Positions 23,400 through 33,821 of a stretch of DNA of 64,000 nucleotides are shown one piece after another. The stretch comes from Macrostomum hystrix. Its lineage: Eukaryota; Animalia; Platyhelminthes. Position numbers and translations under genes: made by a program. Every line of letters starts with the position of its first letter. Position 1 is the first letter of the stretch. The stretch covers positions 310,001-374,000 of the forward strand of contig CATNEN010000015.1 in assembly GCA_950097015.1 (NCBI GenBank). Reading direction: 5' to 3'. Under the pieces are notes generated by a model. The model searched no databases. It worked only from the letters and a program-made list of their open reading frames with translations, and was not told where the DNA came from.

Positions 23400-23889
23400 T
23401 TAATAAGTATTCGCCATACAGGTTTATACTGAGCAATGTTACTTGCTCTTGTCACCAGGTTTGTTAAATAGCGTGTTCTACTCTTTCAACTGTTAACAGA
23501 AATGCGTCAACATTTTTCAGACTGAATGAACTGCGTGCTAAAAATAGCCAAGACCGGCTGTGCCGTCTCGAAGTCGAGTCGATTTAGCTAACAAAGTGCG
23601 CCCCCCCTGGTGGAGTGTCTCAACTGCAAGCCTTTCGCCATCGAGTTCATGGTGCGGTGCGGGCTTATCTGACGGCTCTGTCAGCTTTCAAACTCATGCG
23701 ATCTCACCTGCCTTATCAGGTTCGGCAGCAAGGGCTCCAGTGTGTTCAAGCTCATTCATCGAGCAGTTTATCAATGAAACCTCACAGTCAGGGCGAAGCG
23801 AATCAACGAATTTTTTAAGTTGACTTTATTAGCTTGACCGCAACCTCATATTTTGCCTCCAACCTCCTGATTTGGAACTAGCGCGTCTC

Positions 23890-24300
23890 AGTTTCTGCTC
23901 TGGTCACTCTCCGATGTCCCTCTATCGGTCTGGTCACTCTCTGGTGTCCCTCTATCGGTCTGGTCATTCTCTGGTGTCCCTCTGTCTGTCTGGTCACTCT
24001 CTGGTGTCCCTCTATCGGTCTGGTCACTCTCTGGTGTCCCTCTGTCTGTCTGGTCACTCTCTGGTGTCCCTCTATCGGTCTGGTCACTCTCTGGTGTCCC
24101 TCTGTCTGTCTGGTCACTCTCTGGTGTCCCTCTATCTGTATGGTCACTCTCTGGTGTCCCTCTATCTGTCTGGTCACTCTCTGGTGTCTCTCTATTCATC
24201 TGGTCACTCTCTGGCTCTCTCTATCCATCTGGTCACCCTCTGCATCTGGTGTCTCTCTATTCATCTGGTCACCCTCTGCATCTGGTGTCTCTCTACCTGT
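23890..24300. repeat. 30-bp minisatellite
   Basis: Unit GGTCACTCTCTGGTGTCCCTCT(ATCG/GTCT)GTCT. Confidence 0.9.
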
Positions 24301-25146
24301 ATCTCCTGTAGCTCATTGCAACAATCAGACTTAGACCAGTCATGGATACAACTGACTGGCTATTATTGGATAATCAATGAAGCCTATTTCTAATTAAACT
24401 CAAGAGCTCAATTAATATAACTCAAACTCTATTTTTCTCTTACCCATAAGCCAACTACCCAAGACCCAAAACCAACACTTGGTTGAAAAACATTTCAATA
24501 CCAAGTTACGACCTCGCTGGCAGAGGGGTCGATGGGTTTGCTGGGTCGAGGGGAGGGTGGGTGAGAGGGAGAGAAGGCTGGTTTTGGGGGAGAGAGAAAA
24601 GCGCTGATGGACACGCAGAGGCCGCTTTATCTCGGAGCCCCTCCCCAAACAGGGGTGGGTTACTGCGCACCGGCCCGCCCCACCTCCTCCACCCAGGCCT
24701 GTGTAAATGCGATTCGCTTTTAACCAATTCTGTGCCTGTGGAATAGAATCATGAACTTTTTCCTACTCTTATAAAAACACGAAACTGTACAGTGGGCCAG
24801 GCCAGGCATTTGCCAACCACAGCGGAAACAGAACCCTGCCCTGTTCATTGTGAAGCAGCCAGTAAGCATTTGGTATCTCCCTAGTAGCATACAAAGGCGT
24901 CATCTCGGCTTTTGCCCGGTCTAAAATTAACCAGCTGCTGCTGCTGCTGCTATCACAGAGCCTGTCTCAGCCTGTCTCTCTTATCAACTGGAGGCGACGT
25001 GAACGAAAATCAGAGAGAATCAGAGTAAACAGACAGCTGGGTGAGACAGGGAGAGAGCAGTGTGTAGCGCTAAAAGAAGGTAAAAAGAAGAATTTCGTCG
25101 AGACTAAGAATAATATTTTGTTCCGATTCTTCAGGCAGCCAAAGAC

Positions 25147-26707
25147 ATGGCAGATAATTGTGGACTATTGGTGCTGCAGCTGCTAATGCTTTGCGCAGTG
25201 AGCCGAGCCAACCTGGTAGTGAATGGGTCCACGTTTGTGGTGCCTCTGGCCGAGGGCAAGGATAAGGATATTAAGTACGTGCTGAAAACCTCGTACTCAA
25301 GTGTCCTGCAATGCAGCCTGTACTCCACCAACGGCTCCGTCCTGGTGAATCCGGAAATCAAGTGGTTCCGCGACGAAAACACCACCTTGGACTCGCGCTA
25401 CGAGTTCACCACGAAAATTTCTGAAAACAAAAAGATCTTCACCTCCACCATGAGCTTCAGCAGGCCGGAGAACCTGTTCATCAGGAACTACACCTGCATC
25501 GGTGAGTTGTCGCGTTTCATGACACTTGGCTTCCAGATCGGACTTTGCTGATTGAATAGTTGTCAGTCAGAAGGTTGTCAGTCAGTAGAAGGCTGTCAGT
25601 CAGAAGGTTGTCAGTCAGAAGGTTGTCAGTCAGAAGGTTTTCAGTCAGAAGGTTTTCAGTCAGAAGGTTGTCAGTCAGAAGGTTTTCAGTCAGAAGGTTG
25701 TCAGTCAGTCAGAAGGTTTTCAGTCAGAAGGTTGTCAGTCAGAAGGTTGCCAGTCAGTCAGAAGGTTGTCAGTCAGAAGGTTTTCAGTCAGAAGGTTTTC
25801 AGTCAGAAGGTTGTCAGTCCGAACTCAGTCCGCTCTGTCGCCAACTCACCTGTGTCGCCAGGCACGGCCAGCGGTTTCAGCCCCGCTGGGGGCCAGGCGC
25901 GGCTGGAGTCGCTCCCGCTGATGAGCTTCAAGGTAGAGGGCGTGATCCTGTCGGATGTTGCAGTCTGGCCTGGCGAGGAAGTCGTGATGAACTGCGTCGT
26001 GGACGGCAACCCACCTGGCAGCATCGAGTGGCGACGGGCGAAGGACAACAAAGTAATCGGCAACGGCACCTCCAGCCTGACCATCAGGAGTGCTGATTAC
26101 GAAGCGGATCGTGGCTCGTACTCCTGCAGGTGAGATGGGATTTAGGATTCAAATTAGATTATCGTGCTATGGATTAAGATAAATAAGATAAATATTTAGA
26201 TTTTCCGATTTTTATCTAGAATATAAAGATTTACAATCGTCAATTAGATCAGGCATGGGTAAACTTGTATGGCTCGAGGCTAGAGACAGAATTCAATGGA
26301 AAGATATGAAACAGAGGAGAAATGAGACAGTGGAGAGATTAGAAAGGGGTGAGATGAGACGAGGGTAGGGATGAGACAAGTCTAAGATGAGACAGGAGAG
26401 AAGAGGCTGATAGATTAGACCATGGATGCTGGGATTCTGAAAGCTAGTTGGTGGCGCTGGTGACACTGAACTGATTGTAAATCAGAAATTGTCCATGGAC
26501 TCAATCCGCAGCTCGAGCAACACACACGGTGAGAACAGCGCCCAGATTTTCCTGCGCGTGAAGCATCCGCAGGCCTACCTGCCGCCGCTCATCATCATCA
26601 TAGTGGAGGTGGTGATCATCGCCATCATCGTGGGTGTCTACGAGTACTTCATGTACAGGAAGCGTCAACGCGAGCAGGCTGAAGGCGAGGCCTACAAAAC
26701 CGACTGA
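25147..26707 (+). CDS. Basigin/neuroplastin/embigin-like two-Ig-domain membrane protein, 3 exons: 25147-25501, 25862-26129, 26512-26707; 272 aa
   Basis: Signal peptide and two Ig domains (C..W..YTC; C...GNP..IEW..DRGSYSC). The TM segment LPPLIIIIVEVVIIAIIVGVYE carries the intramembrane Glu that is the family hallmark. Junctions are phase-consistent (819 nt). Confidence 0.85.
25558..25818. repeat. 15-bp minisatellite in basigin-like intron 1
   Basis: Unit (G/T)TCAGTCAGAAGGTT. Confidence 0.92.
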
Positions 26708-27409
26708 TTCGGAGCGGGGAAGTGCCGGCGCTGACAATGGATGTTGAAAGCTAGCTAGATGAGTACTACTGTGAACTAATGTACTTCTGTGCTCAAGCCC
26801 ATGCAGGTAACTCCCAAGTAGTCTTGTTTATTTCCCTATCCCAGGCCCACAAGAAACTGAGAGAGGCCAGCAGGACATGCGAATCAATGCCAGTCAGGCA
26901 GAATCAGAGTTTCGTGTAGCAAGTCCCATCCCGAAGGGATTTTCTGTTTCTATATTTAGCAGCACCGCTGAGCACAGAGTAATCGATGGCCTATACTCAG
27001 TCAACCAGCCTTACTAACTATTTGCACTTGCGTACTCAGCCTGCAGTGTTCGTATGAATAACTGCTTTTGTCGCTTAGCACTGTCCTACATTGCTTTAGA
27101 CCCAAACCAATATCACTTATGTACATTTAGAACAATGTTCGTATGCATATTTTATAATTTGTTAATTCGCACAATTGTCTATTTTCCAAGACTTTTATCC
27201 AATGATCTGCAGCGCAAGCAGAACAGTTTTCTCAGTACAAGAAATATCGTTATTAATAAAATGTTTTTGACAAAACCACATTAACAAGCTCTTTTATGCT
27301 GCTTTTTGAGGTGTTCTGGCTGAGTCGGTAGCTAAGTCGATAATCCACTGCTGTGGGACATCAACGGCCCAGAATGTTCTTCAGCTAAATGCTTAAGATA
27401 TAATCCAGG

Positions 27410-28106
27410 GTAGAGACGAGATGAGACAGGGTAGAGACGAGAGATAAGAAAGGGTAGAGACGAGAGATGAGAAAGGGTAGAGACGAGAGATGAGACAGGG
27501 TAGAGACGAGAGATGAGACAGGGTAGAGACGAGAGATAAGAAAGGGTAGAGACGAGAGATAAGAAAGGGTAGAGATGAGAGATAAGAAAGGGTAGAGACG
27601 AGAGATGAGAAAGGGTAGAGACGAGAGATGAGACAGGGTAGAGACGAGAGATAAGAAAGGGTAGAGACGAGAGATGAGACAGGGTAGAGACGAGAGATGA
27701 GACAGGGTAGAGACGAGAGATGAGACAGGGTAGAGACGAGAGATGAGACAGGGTAGAGACGAGAGATGAGAAAGGGTAGAGACGAGAGATGAGAAAGGGT
27801 AGAGACGAGAGATGAGAAAGGGTAGAGACGAGAGATGAGACAGGGTTGAGACGAGAGATGAGACAGGGTAGAGACGAGAGATGAGAAAGGGTAGAGACGA
27901 GAGATGAGACAGGGTTGAGACGAGAGATGAGACAGGGTAGAGACGAGAGATGAGAAAGGGTAGAGACGAGAGATGAGAAAGGGTAGAGACGAGAGATGAG
28001 ACAGGGTAGAGACGAGAGATGAGAAAGGGTAGAGACGAGAGATGAGACAGGGTAGAGACGAGAGATGAGAAAGGGTAGAGACGAGAGATGAGAAAGGGTA
28101 GAGACG
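27410..28106. repeat. 23-bp purine-rich minisatellite, interrupted by the LTR element (continues more degenerately at 32859-33035)
   Basis: Unit AGACGAGAGATGAGA(C/A)AGGGTAG. Confidence 0.95.
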
Positions 28107-31100
28107 TGTGAGGCTTTCTTACGTAATATATTTGTACCACCCCGTTTTGGCTAATGGCTATAAATAGACAATGTGCGCACCGCGCGCGGGCAGATTTCTG
28201 CACTCTGGCTCTCAGTAGCCTCAGATAACTTACATCTGTCATAGACAGAATGTCACATGGTGGCAGCGGTGCAGGCTCAACTAAGCCATACAACCTGCGA
28301 TCCAGAGATACAACAGGCGAATCTGCAGCCTCCAACAGGACGAGCTCGGCAGAGATGGAGACTGGTGCCACTGAAAGCGAGGAACTGAGCGGAATAGATA
28401 GTGCCAACCTCATGGAGACGATGAAGCTGATCTTGACGCACCAGAGTCGGCAACTTCAGGACATGGCACAGGCTCAGGAGAGACAGTCGGCATTCTATCT
28501 GGAGCAGCTAGCACGACAGCAGGCGGAATTCGCCAGACTCATGGCCGAGTCCAAGCCGAGACCGCAGACCGTGGAGCCGAAGCTGTTCAAGCTGACTGAC
28601 GCGGACGACATAGAGTCATTTCTGGCGACATTCGAGAGATCGGCAACATCATGCGGATGGCAGAAGCAAGATTGGACGATTCGACTTGGACCACTGCTGA
28701 CGGGCAAGGCGCAAAGTGCATTCCACAGCCTGACGACAGCAGCGAGTGCGGACTATGAGATGGCAAAGGCGGCAATCCTGGCGCGGTATAACATTGGCGA
28801 GGAGACGTACCGGCAGCGATTCAGATCCTTGCGGAGGGCATCGGAGGAGTCGTACCAAGTGTTCGCCGCGAAACTGGAGGACCTATTCGATCGATGGATG
28901 ACCGCTGGAGTGGACGAGGATGAGCGTGAGGAGCTGCGAGGAGGCGACACCATCATCAGACGGAAGGTGCTGCTGGAGCAATTCTCGGACTCGCTGGGGA
29001 GAGGACTCCAGGTGTGGATGCGAGAGAGGAAGCCGAAGAACATCAAGGAGGCCGCTCAATTAGCGGACGACTATTATATGGCCTGCAGCAACGACAGAAA
29101 CGGCGGAACTCACGATCAACGGAGTCAGGAAACACAGGATGTGAGTCATGTTAGGGCTAGCAATGCCGACCGGCACCGGGAAATTCAGAGAACCCCAATG
29201 TCGAAGACGAAGATCAGCTGCTTTAACTGCGGAGGCCCCCACAAGAAGTTCCAATGCCCGAATAAGCCGAACAACAGCATCCATCTGGCCTCGGAAGACA
29301 TGAAAGTCGGCACCAGCACTACAGAGACCAGAATGATTAAGGGGAAGGCAAGTGGCAAGGATCTGGAATTCCTCCTAGACACTGGAGCGGATCGAACGAC
29401 AATTCGACGTAATTGTCTCCCCGAAGACATCAATTGGACAGGGCGGCATGCACTATTGCGATGCTTTGGAGGCGATCTACACCGGCTACCTATTGCTAAA
29501 GTGGATTTGCACCTAAACGGCTTTGAGGGAATTGCCGATGTCTGCGTGTCTGACTCTCTACCGGTAAGCGCGTTAATTGGATTAGACTTGATTGGCCGGC
29601 TAGCCCCAGGGGTCGAAAACCCCACTGCCGCTGCGGGCGCTGCCCAGACTGCATACGAGACCCAGGCTGCAGACCCGCATCCTCCGGCCAATCAGGAGAA
29701 AGGGGTGGTGGGCGCTCCTGTCTGCCCCATACCCCAGTCCGAGGGGGACAGAGCGCTCGCGGACGAAGGCATTATGGCTAGCGGCCTAGTCCAGATCGAT
29801 CCGGAGCCCCCCAGTACACAAAGGCCTAGACTGACCAGAGCCCAAGCGCGTAAACAACGGCAAGAGTACAGAGAGAAACTGGAACCCAATATCGGCCAAA
29901 TGGCTTGGGACTACGAGGCGGCACTCCAGGAGGACGGAGAAATGCTGGAGAAGTTGCGCGACAACGATGCCATCCTAAAGGTTAACGGTCGGCTTTACCG
30001 GACCCAAGCAGCAGGCGAAGACCAACTAGTGCTACCAAAGTCTCTCAGGCTGACGGCGCTGACTCAGGCTCACGAGAGTGCCTTCGCAGGACATTTGGGT
30101 GTCAAGAAGACGAGCCAGCGGTTGTTGCAACGATTCTGGTGGCCTACCGTGGCCAAAGACGTCAAGGACTTCGTGACTACTTGCGACAAATGTCAGAAGA
30201 CTGCTCGGATCGGTCGCACTCAAAAAGTACCGCTCGTGCAAGTACCAGGAGTAGAAGAAGCCTTCAGCAAGGTGATCATTGACATCAGCGGACCGTATCC
30301 GAAGTCCTCAAGCGGCCACAAGTACATTTTATCCGTGATCGATGCAGCGACCCGGTTCCCGGAGGGCTTTCCGCTGCGGAATATCGACGCCGAAACGGTG
30401 GCCAAGGCGCTGATCGACTGCTTCTCAAGAACTGGCTTCCCAAAGGAGATCCAAAGCGACAAGGGCACGAACTTCTCGTCAGCGTTGCTGCAGGCCTTGT
30501 ACCAATGCACTGGAGTTGAAGGCATTCAGTCAACGCCGTACCACCCGCAAAGCCAGGCGCTCGTGGAACGATTTCACGGCACACTCAAGACTATGCTCCG
30601 AAGGCTACCAGCCCGCGAAAAAAAGAAGTGGGACCTCTACCTGCCATACCTGCTATTTGCTATCAGGGAGGTTCCGAATGAGACTACTGGGTTTTCACCA
30701 TTCGAACTGCTCTACGGCCGGACTGTCCGAGGACCCCTGGATCTGCTGCGACAGACGTGGGACGAGAAGCTGACCGCGGAGAAGAAGGACATCATCACCT
30801 TTGTCCTGGCCCAACGAGACCGGCTGCAGGCAGGGCTGGAGGCGTCAAGAAGTAACGAGGAGCTGGAAAGAAAGCGGTGGAAGCACTGGTATGACCGGAG
30901 GTCTCGCGAGAGGGAGCTGGCGCCGGGTGATCAAGTGCTGCTGCTGCTGCCGTCGTCATCCACGAAGCTGCATGCTGAATGGCGAGGCCCCTATGAGGTC
31001 CTGGAGAAGTGCAACGACGTGAACTATCGGATTAGAATCGGCAAGAATACGAATGTGTTTCACATCAACCTGCTGAAGAAGTATAACTCGCGAGAGTCAA

Positions 31101-32858
31101 TCTTGTTGGCAACGACCCGGAAGGCAGACCAGATCGACTCAGCACAAAGGAAGTCAGGCCTGCCGGAGCTGGCCGACACTCTGAACTTCGGGCAGAAGCG
31201 GCTCCTAGACAGTCTGGTTTGCGACTTCAAGGATGTCTTCAGCGAGACCCCCGGCAGGACGAGCCTGATGGAGCATCGAATTCGAACAACGTCTAACCAG
31301 GTGGTGCGCATCCGGCCGCGGCGGGAGCCGCAGGCATACCGGCAAGTTCTGCAGGACGAGGTTCAGCGTATGCTGGACCTGGGTGTCATCGAACCGTCCG
31401 ACAGCGACTACTGCTCCCCGGTGTGTCTGGTAGCCAAGAAGGACGGCTCAGTTCGGTTCACCGTCAACTTCAAGGCGCTCAATGAGCTGGTGGCTTTCGA
31501 CTCCTACCCGATGAAGAACATCGAGGACCTGCTGGAGAGCGTCGCGAAGGCTAAGTTCATATCCAAGCTCGACTGCTGCAAGGGCTACTGGCAGATCCCG
31601 CTGGCCGAAAACTCCAAGCGGCTGACAGCATTCGCGGCCAATGGCAAGCTGTATCAGTTCACTGTGCTGCCTATGGGACTGAACTGCAGTAGCGCCACCT
31701 ACCAGAGGCTGATGGACAAGGTGCTTCTCGGAATCGACAGTGCGGAGTCCTACATCGACGACATCGCCGTGTTTAGCGAGACGTTCGAGCAGCACCTGCA
31801 AGATCTACGGCGAGTTTTCAATCGGCTGAAAGCAGCTGGGCTAACTGTCCAGCCACGCAAATGCTTTCTAGGCGGCACCTCGACGGACTACCTCGGATTT
31901 AAGCTGGGAAGCGACGAGATCAGCACCAGCGAGGACCGAGTACGGGCAATCAAGGCGCTTGAGCAACCCCGAACCAAGACTCAGCTGCGATCGGTGCTCG
32001 GCGTGCTCAACCACTATCGCCGGTTCATCCCGAACTACGCGGACCAGGTGGCGGCACTGACGGAGCTCACCAGGAGAACGACGCCCGAGGACCTGACGGC
32101 GGCCTGGGGCGAGAAGCACACGCGAGCATTCGAAGTGGCCAAGGCACTGATGACAAGCGAGCCGGTGCTGCGCGCCCCGGACTACGGCCGGCCTTTCATC
32201 CTGGAGACGGACAGCTCGGAGACCGGCCTCGGAGCGGTGCTGACGCAGGAGTTCGAGGATGCTCTTCGTGTCTCGGCGGCTGACGGCGGTGGAGCAAGGT
32301 TACGCGACCATCGAGAAGGAGTGCCTCGCCGTGCGCTGGGCGGTCGAGAAACTGCGGCACTATCTGCTTGGGCGCCACTTCATCATCCGGTCGGACCACA
32401 AGCCGCTGCAGTACCTGCAACTGGACCACGCCAACCCGCGGCTGCAGCGATGGGCCCACTACCTGTCGGGCTTCGACTATGCGATCCAGTACCAGCCGGG
32501 CGAGAGCAACGGCGCCGCGGATGGCCTGAGTCGGCTTTGGAGTCCGACCAAGTGATTGATCTTGAATGACAAACAGTGACAATGACTTTCAATTCGCTCA
32601 TGTTGGTTAATTGTTTGAAGTGGTTTTTTCTAGCGTACAGTTAAATTTTGGTCTGTGTGTTTTCATGCCGTTTGATTTGGAGCGATTTTCGAACTTTTGG
32701 TGGAGGGTGTGAGGCTTTCTTACGTAATATATTTGTACCACCCCGTTTTGGCTAATGGCTATAAATAGACAATGTGCGCACCGCGCGCGGGCAGATTTCT
32801 GCACTCTGGCTCTCAGTAGCCTCAGATAACTTACATCTGTCATAGACAGAATGTCACA
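28107..32858 (+). mobile_element. Full-length Ty3/Gypsy LTR retrotransposon, Gmr1-like (PR-IN-RT-RH order)
   Basis: The 151-bp LTRs at 28107-28257 and 32708-32858 look identical by eye, with TGTGA...TCACA ends and a 5-bp TSD AGACG. The PBS TGGTGGCAGCGGTG directly after the 5' LTR is complementary to the tRNA-Leu 3' end. A short purine tract GGTGGAGGG precedes the 3' LTR. Confidence 0.95.
28250..32555 (+). CDS. Gag-Pol polyprotein (SCAN-like capsid, zinc knuckle, aspartic protease, integrase, RT, RNase H) with a frameshift near 32261
   Basis: CFNCGGPHKKFQC; LLDTGAD; H..GH..C..C plus IDISGP/SDKG/VERFHG integrase with GPY; then RT YIDD; RNase H ETDSSETGLGAVL continues in another frame as LFVSRRLT..YATIEKECLAVRWAVEKLRHYL. 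Confidence 0.9.
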
Positions 32859-33307
32859 AGACGAGAGTTGAGACAGGGTAGAGACGAGAGATGAGCCAGG
32901 TAGAGATGAGAGATGAGCCAGGGGAGAAATGAGAGATGAGACAGGGTAAAGCTGAGAGATGAGACAGGGTAGAGCTGAGAAAGGGAAGAGATGAGACAGG
33001 GGAGAGATGGGACAGGAGAGGGACGAGACGGGAAAGAATGAAGTACAACCCTGCATGGCTTTGGTTTTCAAATCTTCTGACTTTTCTAATGAAAGCCTAG
33101 CAATACTTGCAGCAAGTCAAGTGCATACACAGCTGCTGCACTAGCGGCTTAAAACCAATTAGCCGACATGTAAAGAAGTCGTTACTTAATAATATTAAAC
33201 TATTTAACATCAACGAGGAACAATTATTGGATAAAAAAACATAGTCAATATTCGTATCTACTTTATTTCTCGACTAGCTTCACACAATTAGCGATAAATG
33301 CAAGTTC

Positions 33308-33791
33308 GGATGCTGGTAGGTCAGTGGGTCAGCACTGACTGCTGGTAGGTCAATGGGTCGGCACTGACTGCTGGTAGGTCAATGGGTCAGCACTGACTGC
33401 TGGTTGGTCAATGGGTCGGCACTGACTGCTGGTAGGTCAGTGGGTCAGCACTGACTGCTGGTAGGTCAGTGGGTCAGCACTGACTGCTGGTAGGTCAATG
33501 GGTCAGCACTGACTGCTGGTAGGTCAATGGGTCAGCACTGACTGCTGGTAGGTCAATGGGTCAGCACTGACTGCTGGTAGGTCAATGGGTCAGCACTGAC
33601 TGCTGGTAGGTCAGTGGGTCAGCACTGACTGCTGGTAGGTCAGTGGGTCAGCACTGACTGCTGGTAGGTCAATGGGTCAGCACTGACTGCTGGTAGGTCA
33701 ATGGGTCAGCACTGACTGCTGGTAGGTCAATGGGTCAGCACTGACTGCTGGTAGGTCAATGGGTCAGCACTGACTGCTGGTAGGTCAATGG
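33308..33791. repeat. 29-bp minisatellite (~17 copies) just downstream of the HDHD2 stop
   Basis: Unit CTGACTGCTGGTAGGTCA(A/G)TGGGTCAGCA. Confidence 0.95.
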
Positions 33792-33821
33792 TTCAGGATT
33801 ACAGGATAAGGACTCTGTTTG

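Noticed and set aside
23598-23613. CTCF-like motif GCGCCCCCCCTGGTGG
   Set aside because: Two extra C residues break the spacing of the consensus, and there is no supporting context.
27315-27345. A-box-like TGGCTGAGTCGGT suggesting a tRNA gene
   Set aside because: No B-box or cloverleaf follows.
28250-28257. ORF-track start (MSHGG) inside the 5' LTR
   Set aside because: It overlaps the LTR end and PBS, so a downstream ATG (METGAT or METMKL) is the more plausible Gag start.
32262-32569. C-terminal ~100 aa of the 1439-aa ORF as a novel domain
   Set aside because: It is out-of-frame read-through of RNase H after the frameshift.
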